From Takakia lepidozioides (Eukaryota > Plantae > Bryophyta), in contig CM060731.1 in assembly GCA_030704615.1 (NCBI GenBank), forward strand, positions 54,002,001-54,066,000: 64,000 nucleotides of DNA, read 5' to 3'. The notes under the pieces were generated by a model that saw only the letters and a list, made by a program, of their open reading frames with translations, was not told the origin of the DNA and did no database searches. Position numbers and translations under genes: made by a program. Below, piece after piece: positions 1 through 13,450 of this stretch. How positions within the stretch are numbered: the stretch's first letter is position 1; every line of letters begins with the position of its first letter.

Positions 1-178
1 ACCAGCCAACCACACCATGCATCAACATTCCAAACACAATAGGACGCACAATATTTGGAACCCATTTCCTTTATCACAAATTTTTGTACAATACAAGTTT
101 TTGCAATCGGATTCCTGAGCTAGCTAAACCGGGCTAAGCATGCATTTCCTCCCCCACGCTCCAAGGTTGATGTCCCCA

Positions 179-3100
179 TCAACGCTTCTTCCGCTTTTGA
201 GGTCGCCCTTCGAACGCTGCAACTGCCTCGGATGCGTTTCCCATTTCTGAGGCACGCACCCAAGATGCCTCCACAAGATGATAGCCCTTCCATTTGACGA
301 GATACTCCGTTTCTTGGTTCTTGAACCTCCTCGACTTAAGTATTGCCTCCACCTCGTACTCGGGTTCATTTTCATGATCCAACAGCATAGGTGGCGGACG
401 CAACACTTGCTGCCGATTCGGACGTGCTTCATCTTTGAAGTAAGGCTTCAAAAGGGAGACATGGAATACTGGGTGCACCTTGCTGTTTGCTGGCAGCTCC
501 AATTCATACACATCTTCATTCATAACCCTCCGAATGCGAAAGGGACCCGCATACGGAGGTACGAACTTCGGACTCATTTCCGGAGGTAGTCGAAAATTCT
601 TGATGTTCAACCAGACCTCTGTGCCTGCCTCAAACTTCACTTCCCTCCGCTTCCGATTCGCCTGCCTTTCATACCGTTTCCTAGCTTTGGCAATGTTGTA
701 CTTTGCGAGCTTCAACAAACGCTCGCGTTCTTCCAGTACCGCCGCTACTGCCGGTTCCTCAACGTCCTGGGCGGCCCAACTTGTCGGCACCAGAGGTGCT
801 TTTCCATAGACCAACACAAAAGGGGAAACTCCCGTCGCGGAGTGTTCTGTGTTATTATAACAGAACTCTGCCGCGTCTAAGTGTTCCATCCAGTCTGATT
901 GGTCTGCCGACACGTAATTCCGCAAGAATTGCTTCACTACGGAATTCACTCTTTCCGTTTGGCCGTCCGTCGTAGGTCGGAAGGCGGTGCTCATCTTCAG
1001 CCTCGTCCCCATCTTCTTCCAAAGTGCTCTCCAGAATTTACTCGTAAACTTTGGGTCGCGGTCCGAGACAATATCCTTCGGGACTCCATGATGCTTTAAG
1101 ACGTGGGCGAAGTAAAGTCGCCCTGTCTCCTGCGCAGTAGCCGTCTCCTTGGTGGGGATGAAATGGGCCATTTTACTGAACCTATCTACCACCACCATGA
1201 TTGCATCGAATCCTTTTGACAGCGGCTTAGCAGTCATGAAATCCATCGAGACGCTTTCCCAAGTCCCCTCTGGAATCGGCAAGGGTTGTAACAGCCCCGC
1301 TTGCTTTTTATACTCGCTCCGGTTTTGTTGGCATGTGGTGCATGTCTTTACATACTCCTCTGCCTCCTCCCTCAGTTTGGGCCAGAAATACTCTTTCTTC
1401 AAGAGTGCCGCAGTGCGCTTGGCTCCACCGTGGCCCGCAAGCGGGCTATCATGGCATTCTCTCAAGAGACTATCCCTGATCCCTCCCTTTGGCACATAGA
1501 GACGTTTTTGCTTATACCGGAGCAGTCCGTTTTGCAAGTGGAACTGCGATTTAACCCCCATTCTCAAGTTTTGCATCACGCACTTTGCCAGCTCATCCTT
1601 CCGGCAAGCCTTCCGGATCTTCCTTTGGAGCGCCGTCTCGCCCTTGTACACCAACAAGAGCTGCTGCTTTCTACTTAAAGCATCGGCCACCACATTGTCC
1701 CGTCCCGGTTTGTACTGGATATCCACGTCGAACACTGCCAAAGTATCTTGCCACCTAAGTTGTTTTGGGGACAACTTGGGCTGCGTGGCAAAATACTTCA
1801 CCGTGACATTGTCCGTGAACACCTTCACTGGGTTGGAACCAACATAGTGGCGCCAGAGTTCAAGGCAATGTACCACCGCCTTCATCTCTTTTTCGTGCGT
1901 CGGCCACCGTCGCTCCACTTCATTCAGTTTCTTACTTTCGTAAGCCACTGGACGTCCATCTTGCATAAGTACACCCCCAATTGCGAAGTCCGATGCATCT
2001 GTATGAATCTCAAACGGACGATCGAACTCCGGGATTTTTAAGACTGGAGCTTCCGTCATCCGCTGCTTCAATTCAGCAAAAGCTTGGCCACAAAATGTGT
2101 TCCATACCCAGACTTTGGATTTACACAGAAGGTCCGACAGCGGCCCCGCGATCTTGGCAAAATTTCTCACATACTTCCGGTAATAGGAGGCGAGTCCTAG
2201 GAAGGATCGCACTCCCGGGACCGAAGTCGGAGGCTCCCAGTCCAAGATCGCCCTCACCTTTCTGTCATCCATTTTGATCCCATCCTGTGTAATCACGTGC
2301 CCCAAGAACTCCACTTTTGTGACCCCGAATTCGCACTTTGAAGCTTTGGCATACAGCTTCCCTTCTCGCAATTTTTGGAACACCCTTTTGAGGTGCTCCA
2401 GGTGCTCCTCCTTTGTTTTCGAGTACACCAAGATGTCGTCGATGTACACGATCACAAAGTCATCCAACCACTCCTGGAAAAGGCTGTTCATCAGCGTGCT
2501 AAATGTCGCTGGTGCATTGGTGAGCCCAAAAGGCATCACCAAGAACTCATATGAACCATACCTTGTCCTGCACGCGGTCTTCTCCTCATCTCCTTCCGCC
2601 ACCCGAATTTGGTGATAGCCGGAGCGCAAGTCGATCCGGCTGAAATACTTCGCTCCTGCCAACCGATCGAAGAGGTCGTCGATCCTTGGCAAAGGGTACC
2701 GGTTTTTGATAGTCACCTTATTCAGAGCCCTGTAATCGACACACATCCGCAGCGTCCCATCCTTCTTGTCTGCAAATAGCACCGGGGCTCCGTAAGGTGA
2801 CTTACTCGGCCGGATGTACCCCTTTGACATTAGATCTTTGAGCTGAGTCTTCAGCTCGACCAACTCTTTGTGGCTCAACCGGTAGGGCGCCTTGGCAGGC
2901 GGTTCCGATCCCGGTATCACCTCAATTTTGTGGTCAACTCCTCTTCGCGGTGGCAAGCCGCTTGGTAAATCCTCCGGCATCACATCCTGGTATTTCTCCA
3001 AAATCCCCTTGATCCAATCTGGGCTCGGCTCCCCATCGCCTTCTCCTTTCACTTCTCTAATGTAAAGCAAAAACTGGGACTCGTGTGTCTCCTCCACGGC

Positions 3101-4741
3101 CCACTCCTTTGCTGATAGAAGGTTTATTCGCCCTCCCACGGATTTGGGCGTTTCCGACACTCGTAAAACCTCGCCACCATTCCCACATGGCAGCGTGACT
3201 ACTCTCTTGCGGCCATCTATGACCGCTCCGGATTTGCTCAAAAAGGTCATTCCCAAAATGAGATCCACTCCATCGATCTCGCAGATAGTGAAGTTCTCAC
3301 GTCCCTCCCAACTCCCCAGTTGAAGAGGAACATCAAACGCCAACCTTGTTGCCAACTGAGGTTCTCCTTTGGCAGAGCGCACCTCAATAGAGGCCCCCAC
3401 GTCACTTGTCGGGAGTCCCAACTTTCGCGCCGCCGCCGGCGTCATGAAGGAGTGCGACGCTCCTGTGTCCACCAACAACGACACATTAGTTCCGGATATT
3501 ATCCCATCCACGAACAATAACTGACTCCCTTTTCGTAAGGCGCCAGTTTCCTGATACAACTCACAAGAAAATTTGCCTACCTTGCAAGTCCTGGCGACCA
3601 CCGCTTCCACCAAGCGACTGATGGTATCTTCCGACAGCTCCGTGGTCGCCCGAGTCATGTTCAATTGCCGGGGCTTCGTGCACTTCTTGGCCATGTGCCC
3701 GGGCTCCCCGCAATTGAAACACACTCCATCAAAGGTCGCCTTCTGCCCGCCATAAGTCGCTCCACCCGCTTTTCCTTTCGAAGCACCGGGTGCCGCCTTG
3801 ACGTGTGAAGGACCTCCCTTCGATTTCCACGTGCCATTTTCGCCGCGTGGCCTATCCCACTTCTTTTCCGGTCGGGAGGAGTCACCTTCCCGCCGGGTCT
3901 TCTTGTGGTTCAGCTCCGTACGGCCTTGTCTCTCACCCCTAGGGACATCCGAGAAACATTCAGCTCTCTCAATTGCCTCGTTCAAAGTCTTGGGTGGCTT
4001 CTCCTCCAACTTCCGCCTAGCCCATGGGGCCAGTCCCGCCACAAAGTTGAAGACCATTTCTGGTTCTGCCATGTCCGCGACTTCGAGCAACAGCACATTG
4101 AAAGCCTGGACATACCCCCGAATGTCATCTGTTTGCTTCAAATTCCTCATCTTGTCCCGGGCAAGCCAGGATGCGTTGAGGGGCACAAACTGTCTCTTCA
4201 TCAATTCCTTGAACTCACTCCAGTTCAAGGTTTCCGGGCTTGGGCCTCGGTCGTGAAGGCGTTTCTGCCACCATTGTTGAGCATAGCCCCTCAAATAGGT
4301 GGGAGCCACTTCCACCCGATCCTCGTCACTCAACTTGGCCGCCCGGAAGTACTGCTCTAGCTCCAGGAGCCAGGTGTTGAGTGCCTTCCGGTTTCGAACG
4401 CCCTCGAAGGTGCCGGGTTCCTTAGGCTTCACCTTAAACTTTGCCTTGGTGGAAGTGGCATTAGCCGCCTTCAACACGTCTTTCAACGTCCCGCCAAACT
4501 GCGCCAACAACCCTTCCCAAAAGGCTGCCGGCATGGGAGGCATCTCTTGGTTTGTCGGAGCTCTCAAAGATTCCTCGGGCTCCGACTCCTCGGATTCCTC
4601 CCGCTCCTGAGCGGCCTCGTTTTCGGAAACATTAATCGCTTCCTCAAACGGCCGCCTCGGTGACACGTCGCCCCCATCGGGCTCACCGGGATCATCATCT
4701 TTTGGGCCGTTCCGCTTTCGCTTCGGCTTGCCCGACCCCAT
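179..4741 (-). CDS. Gag-Pol polyprotein (gag, CCHC knuckle, protease, RT, RNase H, integrase, chromodomain)
   Basis: Uninterrupted ORF with [53 protein letters not shown], and C-terminal [17 protein letters not shown] chromodomain. First ATG after the PBS is at 4741. Confidence 0.95.
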   Translation of the reverse strand: MGSGKPKRKRNGPKDDDPGEPDGGDVSPRRPFEEAINVSENEAAQEREESEESEPEESLRAPTNQEMPPMPAAFWEGLLAQFGGTLKDVLKAANATSTKAKFKVKPKEPGTFEGVRNRKALNTWLLELEQYFRAAKLSDEDRVEVAPTYLRGYAQQWWQKRLHDRGPSPETLNWSEFKELMKRQFVPLNASWLARDKMRNLKQTDDIRGYVQAFNVLLLEVADMAEPEMVFNFVAGLAPWARRKLEEKPPKTLNEAIERAECFSDVPRGERQGRTELNHKKTRREGDSSRPEKKWDRPRGENGTWKSKGGPSHVKAAPGASKGKAGGATYGGQKATFDGVCFNCGEPGHMAKKCTKPRQLNMTRATTELSEDTISRLVEAVVARTCKVGKFSCELYQETGALRKGSQLLFVDGIISGTNVSLLVDTGASHSFMTPAAARKLGLPTSDVGASIEVRSAKGEPQLATRLAFDVPLQLGSWEGRENFTICEIDGVDLILGMTFLSKSGAVIDGRKRVVTLPCGNGGEVLRVSETPKSVGGRINLLSAKEWAVEETHESQFLLYIREVKGEGDGEPSPDWIKGILEKYQDVMPEDLPSGLPPRRGVDHKIEVIPGSEPPAKAPYRLSHKELVELKTQLKDLMSKGYIRPSKSPYGAPVLFADKKDGTLRMCVDYRALNKVTIKNRYPLPRIDDLFDRLAGAKYFSRIDLRSGYHQIRVAEGDEEKTACRTRYGSYEFLVMPFGLTNAPATFSTLMNSLFQEWLDDFVIVYIDDILVYSKTKEEHLEHLKRVFQKLREGKLYAKASKCEFGVTKVEFLGHVITQDGIKMDDRKVRAILDWEPPTSVPGVRSFLGLASYYRKYVRNFAKIAGPLSDLLCKSKVWVWNTFCGQAFAELKQRMTEAPVLKIPEFDRPFEIHTDASDFAIGGVLMQDGRPVAYESKKLNEVERRWPTHEKEMKAVVHCLELWRHYVGSNPVKVFTDNVTVKYFATQPKLSPKQLRWQDTLAVFDVDIQYKPGRDNVVADALSRKQQLLLVYKGETALQRKIRKACRKDELAKCVMQNLRMGVKSQFHLQNGLLRYKQKRLYVPKGGIRDSLLRECHDSPLAGHGGAKRTAALLKKEYFWPKLREEAEEYVKTCTTCQQNRSEYKKQAGLLQPLPIPEGTWESVSMDFMTAKPLSKGFDAIMVVVDRFSKMAHFIPTKETATAQETGRLYFAHVLKHHGVPKDIVSDRDPKFTSKFWRALWKKMGTRLKMSTAFRPTTDGQTERVNSVVKQFLRNYVSADQSDWMEHLDAAEFCYNNTEHSATGVSPFVLVYGKAPLVPTSWAAQDVEEPAVAAVLEERERLLKLAKYNIAKARKRYERQANRKRREVKFEAGTEVWLNIKNFRLPPEMSPKFVPPYAGPFRIRRVMNEDVYELELPANSKVHPVFHVSLLKPYFKDEARPNRQQVLRPPPMLLDHENEPEYEVEAILKSRRFKNQETEYLVKWKGYHLVEASWVRASEMGNASEAVAAFEGRPQKRKKR

Positions 4742-4782
4742 GATGAGGCCAATCCCAAGGACGATCGCGTACTGAACTCTAA

Positions 4783-4794
4783 GCTCTGATACCA
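4783..4794 (-). other. Primer-binding site (tRNA-iMet)
   Basis: TGGTATCAGAGC on the minus strand, 2 nt downstream of the LTR end. Confidence 0.9.
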
Positions 4795-4796
4795 AA

Positions 4797-5975
4797 TGTC
4801 GCACACCTCAGTTCGGTAAACTCCCCTTCAAGTCATAGTTACTCGCTTTGATGCGCGCGCCTGACTCCCAACCTGGCCGCCGGGCCAACTTGGAGTTTCG
4901 GCTGCTCACCGGGACATAACGGTCCCCTTCCGCTTCCCTCTAAACCCTCCACCTATTTGGGACTAGGAGAATTCCCTTTGGTAGATGGCAGTCCGGAACA
5001 GCTCCCCACTCTTTGGTCGCTTTCCGGCTCGCTCGCTTACTCACTAGTTTTTGGTCGCCAACGGGCTTGCACCGTTCTCGGGGTTACTACTCCCTATATA
5101 TACTTCTGTAGCTGTCCGCGGGGGATTCATAACCAGCCATGCCATTTTATGGCGAACCACCACGAAAACCCTCGACTCCCGGTGGTGAGTCGCGGTGAGT
5201 CTTGGCCCACTCACCGCGGCCCCAATGGACCGTGATGAGTCCCAAGACTCCCCACGACTCCCACCTCGAGGTCTCCACCCCATGGTGAGTCCTATGCCAC
5301 CCCCACTAAGTCCCACTAAGCTACCACCACCCCTTGTGGAGCCACCTCCACCGCAACCCGGTGTGCGGGGCTCCACCTAGTGAGCGCCTCCGCCTCCTTG
5401 AGTGCCTTGGGCACTCAAGGGTGCTTCAGCCCCCCCATACCTATCGCTGCCGCTGCCCCCACCACAGGGGCAGCCCCTCATGTGTCCCGACCCCCTGCCC
5501 TCAAGGCAAAGGGCCGCGACACGCACGTTCTTGCCAGGAGGGAAGCCAGGCGGCAGGAACAAACGACAGGGGAGGAAAAGATCGAAGAAACACTCGCAGA
5601 TTGGCGGCTGCGATGCAATGCCCTAAATACGGATGGATAGGATGGCAGTGTGGCTTGACGGTCAGATGTGCGCCACGTCATATAGGGTCTGCTTGGGTCC
5701 GCTTGGGTCCGGGTCTGTCGGTTCGGTCTGCTCTTCCGGCAGACCCAACAGACCTAGCCTGGGTAGACCCAACTTGGGGCAGACCCAGCGGGGACGGGCG
5801 CGCCGGCGGACACAGCGGTGACCACGGGCGGCCTGAGCTGCGGGCCGGGGGCCACGGACTACGGGTGCGGTGCTGCCGACCGCGCTGCGCCGCGCGGATG
5901 GCCGGTGCGGGGGCCGAGCGCGGGGGCGACTCTGCAGCCGTGCGTCCGTGTGCGCCCTGGCCCGCACGTGAGACA
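4797..5975 (-). repeat. 5' LTR (~1.18 kb)
   Basis: Plus strand reads TGTCGCAC...GTGAGACA (TG..CA with short inverted ends), adjacent to the PBS. No second LTR in the window to confirm the outer end. Confidence 0.75.
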
Positions 5976-6043
5976 TAAACTCCCAATTATTCAAAAATGA
6001 GAGGCGAAAAATCTACAGTAGAAACCCTAACGGGGCTTAAACT

Positions 6044-6286
6044 TTCTTTTTTCTTTTTTCTTTTTCTTAAAGAGAAACACCTGGGAGCGACAGATCACAA
6101 ATCGGGCCCCCTTAATAGTGAGAGGAGAAAATAACCTCTTTCACGGTAACCTCTCCATGAAGGCATCCAAATGGGACACCGCCCAAAGGAAGGGAGAATA
6201 GCATACCACACCCATCAAGTAGCAGGATTTGATCCCAGAATCATCTGGGTGGCACTCATCCGACTGAGGTACTGACTGTTGGTGGG
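6044..6286 (-). mobile_element. tRNA-derived SINE, copy 1
   Basis: Inverted homolog of 10921-11156, A-rich tail, flanking direct repeat TTAAACT (6037-6043 / 6287-6293). Confidence 0.7.
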
Positions 6287-6606
6287 TTAAACTGAAGCGA
6301 CAACTCTGCGATGCCTCGATGATCCGCTTTCAAAAATGTAATTGGACCCAAAACATAAAGTGGCACTGGCGGTGGTTTCAATCTCGCTATCACCAGATTA
6401 TGTTTCTCATCAGTGATTCAGATGTCGCCATGTCTACATCTTCCGACTTCACGACCGTGTGAACAGGCCAGAACTTACTTAGAAGGGTTCGGAGCGGCCA
6501 TGTGTGCGTGGATCCAAAGTTGATGTGAAGGTAGCGTGCCTCACTGTCCACAGGGGGAGCTACGTACATATGTATGGAGGTGGGCCCGAGCAGATAGAAT
6601 TGCAAC

Positions 6607-7419
6607 CAACGTCCGGGGAGAACCGGCAGCCAGTTACATGCTAGCCGACTGAATTCTAGAATTTCCGAATGAAATATGAAACCGAGGGAAATGGATCCGA
6701 GGGAAAAAATGGCCGAAGTGGAAATCAACCGGGTGCCCTACTTTTAGGAAGGATATTTGCCTTTCCATTTCATTACAGACAGGAAATCTGCTAGTTGGCA
6801 AGGCCTGGACGGATTCCGGCCCTTCTTATATTACAAAAAATGGAAATGGCCGTCGAAGTCCACCACATGGCAGAAATCCAACGTGCCAGGCCGGGTTACA
6901 TCCAAGGAAGGGCGTTTAGGTGAAAAAATATTGAACTCAAAGAGGGCGGGCCGCGGGCAAACCCTACTAAGTCTGGACGTTGCTCTCGCAGCCCCAGCCC
7001 CACGCCTGCTTGCACTCGCTGCCTGCTATCACAGCTCACCTGTCCACGCGGGTTCAATTCTTGGCCTCCATGTGGTTTGAAGGCATTGACAGGTCCAACT
7101 TCTATAAAGATACAATGTTCTTCACTTGTTTGAATTGCTTAAAACTGGTTGTGATTATTTATTATTATTATTATTTACTTATTGTTGTGCATTTGACACT
7201 TGTGTTGTCAACCGGTTGATATTTATAAGGGCCGGATTTATAGCTGAACACAAAATAAATCATTAGGAATATTACCGGTTGTAAAGAAATTATCTCGGAA
7301 ATTGACCGGGTATAGTTACCACTAAGGGGCAGCAACCGACTGCCCAACCCACTTAGCCGATTGCTGCTGGGAATCAGCGGCTACTGGCTGGTTCAACTGA
7401 AATTATTTCCCGGACGCTG
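6607..7419. mobile_element. hAT-type MITE, copy 1 (~810 bp)
   Basis: Termini CAACGTCCGGG..CCCGGACGCTG, 8-bp TSD ATTGCAAC, near-identical to 12068-12873 and 40575-41389. Confidence 0.92.
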
Positions 7420-8333
7420 ATTGCAACAACTGGAAGCACCAACGTGGCCTCGTTGTGCCCATGTCGGTATTAGGGAAGGGTCGTTCCCAAGGCCTTTCCT
7501 GTTTTGAGAGCACTGTCAAGGAGGGCGGAGCCGTAGTTCGGGGTGCTTGAAAATTCAGGAAGGGCCGCGGGAACGACCCTTCCCAAACGTGAAAAACTGG
7601 GAAATTTTTGAGGAGCTTCCTTGCCCCCGCAAATCGGGGGACCCTTCCGGCCAGGGAGGTTCCTTGAATTACAAAGAATTTTTTTCCCAGTGAAATTTTA
7701 CGTGTGCCGCCACCGATACAAACACTGTACAAGATTTTTGGATACCATGTACGTAAACAGCGTTCCAGTCACAGTGCAAACTTATTGCACTGTCCACACT
7801 ACACACGTCATTGACTGCATAATACACATCATGACATAATGACCAAAACAACAGAATCATAATGATAATTAAACATAATCGACAACATAATAAAGGCACC
7901 CCCTTGAACTTCGAGATATGTACTTCCGAGCGTGGGAACTGGGATCTGGATTGTGTGAAAATGATTGATCTGCAGGGCCTCAAGTGCAGTGTTGATCGGA
8001 GACGTCAGTGTTGGTTGGGATGCAAATGAATTTCGTCGTTGGATCTCTGAATGCTTACCACGCAAGTGGGTGGCAATCGACATTGTAGTTTTGAATTCTT
8101 CCACAACAGTACGGATTGTTGGAGGAGGGAACTGAGAGTAAAGGTCTTGTAATTCAGGTCGAAGCGTGGAGCTTACTACAGCATAGGTGACCCAAAGCTA
8201 TCCAAAGCATATCGAAACAAGCTGAAAAGTCAGCCAAATCTCAATTACAAAGCTCATGGCAACGCAGACTAATATGTAACTTATTCTCTCCTGTTGTCAG
8301 GAACATCTACTGTATGTACATATGTACTAAAGT

Positions 8334-10235
8334 CTAGTATTTGGGGATTTTTAGGAAGACGGTATGAGCTGGCCCATCGTAGGTCGTTCGGATGGTTTGG
8401 AGGCCATGCGGAATTTTGAAACACTGTTGACCAGGGAAGGAGCTGTTGTACCAGAAGGCAGCGATGCAGGAGCAGTCTTTTAGGCAGAGTGCTTGACACT
8501 CACTTGGGGACACCGAAAAGCTTGGATAAGTAGGAATCAGCTCACCAAACCAATAGAAATCCTCCAAGAATGAGTAGCTATATCCGACTAACTCCACCAC
8601 TGAGTTTCCATTGCACCCCTTCAACGGCCTCACTGGCATGCAACCTTGACTCAGATCCGAGGGTTTAGCGGGCTGAAAATGCGGTGGACAGCCAGTGCAC
8701 TTATATGCGTTGCTTGAGATTGATGGCGCACCACAAATACCATAAGGGCCACACGCGTTGGGTAGCTCGCATAAGGTTTTGACGGCTTGAAAATTGAGCT
8801 GCCACTGGCCTCCTGTATACACGTACGTTTTCAAGTTGCCATCAGACTCCAGCCTTGCATACTCGAGGAGATTGCTACCTGGGTTGAGGTTGTTACTTGT
8901 TGTCCGCCCAAATGAGTTACCATCCTTGTCATATACACTAAGGCCATTGCTCAACTCTGCGTACCTCACTTGGTATGCTGTCCATGAATTCTGTATGACT
9001 CCAAACTCTGTCTGCAAGGTCCAGTAGCGGTCTGCCCCAAATGATTGATTGTAATCTGGGAATGGCATATTGTAGCTGTACAGCTTAGCGAAGTCTGCAA
9101 AGAGCGACAGATCATTTGAGTAGCTGTTCACCCTAGCAGAATAGATCCCTCCGGAAGAATAGGGCCAATCTTTGGCGGCAGCAAACATGATGCTGCCCAC
9201 ATAGAACTTCTGGCTACTAAGAAGCGTGTCGGATGGATGGTCAAAGCTCTGCCACACAGTTGTGGCCTGACTGAGAAGAACCAGGTCACCACTCTCCTGC
9301 AGCTCCATGACATTTACACTCTTTCCTTTCGTGTTGCTGCTCCAGATCACCGACTTGCTGTCTGACAGTACCAAATTTCCATCTTTACCCAGAGAGAGAG
9401 TGCATCTCTGTTCCAGCAGCAAACAACACCAGAATTGTTATGAACTCAAATGACCCGATTGCGTGAACATTGTCTAATGTCATTCAACTTGGTGGTCTAG
9501 TTGATTTCTAAGCTAAAGTATTGTGTCAGACCTTAAACATCCTACGGACTCTTTCCCTCAAGCAACGCTATCGTGCCCAGAAGGCGCTGCACTAGAGAGA
9601 AATTTCTGTAACAGCAGCACAACAAAATAGCCGCATGACGCAGATTCGATAAGTTCTATGTTCAAAGTATCTGAGTCTTCTTGCTATCCCTCCATTAACT
9701 CCCGTTCTCTAGCTGTACATAGGAAATCAGTTGACGAGAGCTCTGCTGAGTCCTAGACTTCCGTTGAATTTGGAAGGGAGATCCGTATTCGCACTGTGAG
9801 CAAACAGCTGCGCCCATTTCAGCACTGATCCGTGTCTGCAGGATCCTCATCTTCACAGCCACACCTGGGAGAGCCGTTGCTTAGAACTGGGAAAATACAG
9901 ACCAACGATGAATATTAAACCACTTGCAGCATAATTACCCCATTGACGAAATGGCCGCTGCGAGCATAGAAGTTGGCCACCCACACCTGCAGCTCCGATG
10001 GTGCATGGTTCACTGTCAACACGCATGTAGGATTCCCCGCTGGTGCTGTGGGAAGCTCCAGCAAATTCAAGGAAAATGTGCCCTTGGCAGAAGTGAGGAC
10101 AGTCACACTCTGCCTCCCCTTCCCACTTGTAGTCCATGATTGCCCAAGTGACGCTCCCTCGCCAGACTGCGACAAGAGCTGCAGAAGGGTGAAAACAAGG
10201 AAAACAAAAGCACCAGGAATCAGTGAACTCGCCAT
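8334..10235 (-). CDS. Secreted EP1/S-locus-glycoprotein-like protein (bulb-type lectin, SLG, EGF, PAN; no kinase). Exons 10235-9939 and 9407-8334
   Basis: Signal peptide, LGKDGNLVL..WQSFDHPSDTLL, LESDGNL, CELPNACGPYGIC, CQALCLKDCSC. A phase-0 GT-AG intron joins the two ORFs. Confidence 0.9.
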
Positions 10236-10801
10236 GTTGTGTAACTACGGCAGTCTGAGTTCACGACTTCATGCCCCTCCGATTTCGAGTTTCATTGCTC
10301 TTCCATCTCCTTTTCTGCATTTCCGATGTCGCACCAGACAGTTGACCAGCGCCGCAATGTCTGCACACACTTATGCTAACTCCACATTGTCAACGGAACA
10401 TCATATCCCGTCGTTCTCATCGTCATCCTCGGCCCGCCGTCCTGCAGGTGCTGCCAAAGGGCATTTCGAGCTCCAGCTGCACTGTTGACAGGTACTCATG
10501 CGCGAAACTTATCCGAAACGGACAAGGATAACTAAAATTGGGTCGGACTCCGCGTTGGGGTGTGCAGGGTGCATTGCCTTCACAGTGCACGAGTGAGTTG
10601 ATAAGCACGCTCCCTGCTCATTCTCTAGTCAAACTCATCGAGTAGACCTCGCAGTTGACTCTTAAGTCTCTTATTAGAGCCTTTCCTTGTGTATAGGGCT
10701 AGAGACTTTCCGTAGTGGGAACTTGGCTGATCCGGCAGTGAAGTGCCGAGTATTTATTTTCTTTACAACAAAACACTTGGGCACAACTTAAGGAAATTTC
10801 T

Positions 10802-10865
10802 AGATTTTACGGCAATGCCATGATGAGATTTTAAGATTTTACGGCAATGCCATGATGAGATTTTA
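10802..10865. repeat. Perfect 32-bp tandem duplication
   Basis: AGATTTTACGGCAATGCCATGATGAGATTTTA x2. Confidence 0.9.
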
Positions 10866-10920
10866 AGTAATTGGGCTGTGACTCCCTTCATGAACTTGCT
10901 CTATCTACTGTACCATTATG

Positions 10921-11156
10921 CACCAACAGTCAGTAGTTTAGATGGCACCGAGTGCCACCCAGATGATTTTGGGGTCAAATCTTGCTGCTGACGGGTGGTA
11001 TATGGTTCCTGGGCGGTGTCCCACTCATTCGCCTTCATGGCGCATAAATGAAAGAGGTTATTTTCTCCTCTCACTACTAAGGGGCCAAATTTGTGAGCTG
11101 GCGCTCCCAGGTGTTTCCCTTTTTTCGAAAAAAAAAAACAAAAAAAAACAAAAAAA
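10921..11156 (+). mobile_element. tRNA-derived SINE, copy 2
   Basis: A-box-like TAGTTTAGATGG, B-box-like GGGTCAAATCT, A-rich 3' tail, flanking ATTATG direct repeat. Confidence 0.7.
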
Positions 11157-11639
11157 ATTATGTGGGTTGTTAAGAGCCATGAGAACATTATGGTCAATCA
11201 TCAAATGCAGTGATTGTTCAGCCAATTATTCTAGGATTTCTCAGAGCTAAGGAAAATATTTTCCTAGAGCTTCATGCCTTGAAACATGCATTTGGAGATT
11301 TGATATTTGGAGTTTGTTTGAGATTTTAGGCATTTTTTTAAAAGTTTCTGGAATTTTGGCAGTTTTTCCTAAATTTTCACTTAATTATTAGGCAGATTCA
11401 TTTCTAATTATTTAGTGCCGGATCAGCCTTCCCATTGCGGTAGACCATGTCCTTTTTTTTTTCTTTGGAGAAACTGAAACCTTTAGCTCTCGACTTTTGA
11501 GTATGTACGTATGTACCAGTGTTGGTATGGATGTTACATAGTTTTATACAATTTGTTTCCGCAATATACTTGATAGACGTTTAATTAAAGTTGGCACCTA
11601 AATGGTACCAATATTGATACCTGATACCAGTTGGACTTC

Positions 11640-13450
11640 CATTCTCTAGACAGAATACATATACTATTTTTTGATATTATCCAAAAAGCATACATAGACT
11701 TCAATCCCCGAATAATACAATCAAGCAATCAGCTGGGAATCTATAGAGCATTTCAATAGTCATTGAATTAATTGTGATCTACCTTCTATTTGCACAGTGC
11801 TATCGATTACTCCCATGGAGTACATGGACATTGTCTAGTTTGATGTAAAAATGAGATTAATATATGGCGAAATCTGAGAAGAGATATTACACATGGATGA
11901 AGCCTCTGCGTTTGAGGATAGTATGTCTCCTCACAACGTTTGTAGCTTTCAAAAGTCTATCTATGGACTTAGGCAAGCTTCTGGAGTGTGGAACAACCAA
12001 CTGTTCTCATACTTCATCACTTGACACCTAGTATAGGTGACCCTTGTGTCATTTCAGCAGTCAAGCACAACATCCGGGGAGAACTGGCAGCCAGTTACAT
12101 GCTAGCCGACTGAATTCCAGAATTTCCGAATGAAATATGAAACCTCAGGAAATGGATCCGAGGGAAAAAATGGCCGAAGTGGAAATCAACCGGGTGCCCT
12201 ACTTTTAGGAAGGATATTTGCCTTTCCATTTCATTACAGACAGGAAATCTGCCTTAGTTGGCAAGGCCTGGACGGATTCCGGCCCTTCTTATATTACAAA
12301 AAATGGAAATGGCCGTCGAAGTCCACCACATGGCAGAAATCCAACGTGCCACATCCAAGGAAGGGCGTTTAGGTGAAAAAATATTGAACTCAAAGAGGGC
12401 GGGCCCGCGGGCAAACCCTACTAAGTCTGGACGTTGCTCTCGCAGCCCCAGCCCCACGCCTGCTTGCACTCGCTGCCTGCTATCACAGCTCACCTGTCCA
12501 CGCGGGTTCAATTCTTGGCCTCCATGTGGTTTGAAGGCATTGACAGGTCCAACTTCTATAAGGATACAATGTTCTTCACTTGTTTGAATTGCTTAAAACT
12601 GGTTGTGATTATTTATTATTATTATTATTTACTTATTGTTGTGCATTTGACACTTGTGTTGTCAACGGGTTGATATTTATAAGGGCCGGATTTATAGCTG
12701 AACACAAAATAAATCATTAGGAATATAATCGGTTGTAAAGAAATTATCTCGGAAATTGACCGGGTATAGTTACCACTAAGGGGCAGCAACCGACTGCCCA
12801 ACCCACTTAGCCGATTGCTGCTGGGAATGAGCGGCTACTGGCTGGTTCAACTGAAATTATTTCCCGGACGCTGGTCAAGCACCTACATTGCTTCTTACAC
12901 TTTTTGTGGACGATGACTTGCCTACCCTGTTAGTCTTCAATCATCCGACTCTTGTCTACATGGAGGATATTTTTGAGATCAAAACTAGGATACTAGCGTG
13001 TTATGTTCGTATGCTCATTACACGTGATCAATGTCGTCACTTACTTTACATTGACCAATAACAATACATTGAACGTACTGTCAAGAAATTTGGTTATAGT
13101 GAGGACACCAACATTGTGGAAATGCCTCTTGATCCCAATGTTCACATTAGTTAGACTATTGTGTCTAATGATGAACCTGATATCCATATCCCATATCCTG
13201 CTATTCGGAGACCACGTTGACTTTACTTGAGTATGATAATCAAAGTTGTACCAAACTTGCTCACAATCCTAACTTCCAAAACAAACCAAACATATCAATT
13301 GACATTAAGTTTCACATTGAGAAATTGTAGGAAGGCAAGATTCATATCTCAGACATATCTACTCATGACCAAACCGTTGATATGTTCACCAAATGATTAC
13401 TTGCCGAGAAATTTTAACTTCTCCAAGGACTTTTGGAACTTACTGGAGTA
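11640..13450 (+). pseudogene. Degenerate Ty1/copia RT-RNase H remnant, split by a MITE
   Basis: Remnant motifs FDVK, QKSIYGLRQASGVWN, LFVDD and DQTVDMFTK with many stops and frameshifts. Boundaries approximate. Confidence 0.8.
12068..12873. mobile_element. hAT-type MITE, copy 2
   Basis: Same family and termini, 8-bp TSD GTCAAGCA, inserted in the Copia remnant. Confidence 0.92.

Larger units (their letters stand above)
1..5975 (-). mobile_element. Ty3/gypsy chromovirus LTR retrotransposon (3' LTR lies left of the window)
   Basis: Single gag-pol ORF, tRNA-iMet PBS, and a 5' LTR bounded by TGTC(G/T)CAC inverted ends. Confidence 0.95.

Noticed and set aside
278-4610. Plus-strand ORFs opposite gag-pol
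   Set aside because: Antisense shadows of a GC-rich coding region
4957-6000. GC-rich ORFs up to 214 aa
   Set aside because: Lie within the LTR and have no recognisable domain
6757-7219. Recurring ORFs (also at ~12130-12673 and ~40637-41189)
   Set aside because: Chance ORFs inside MITE copies; frames differ between copies
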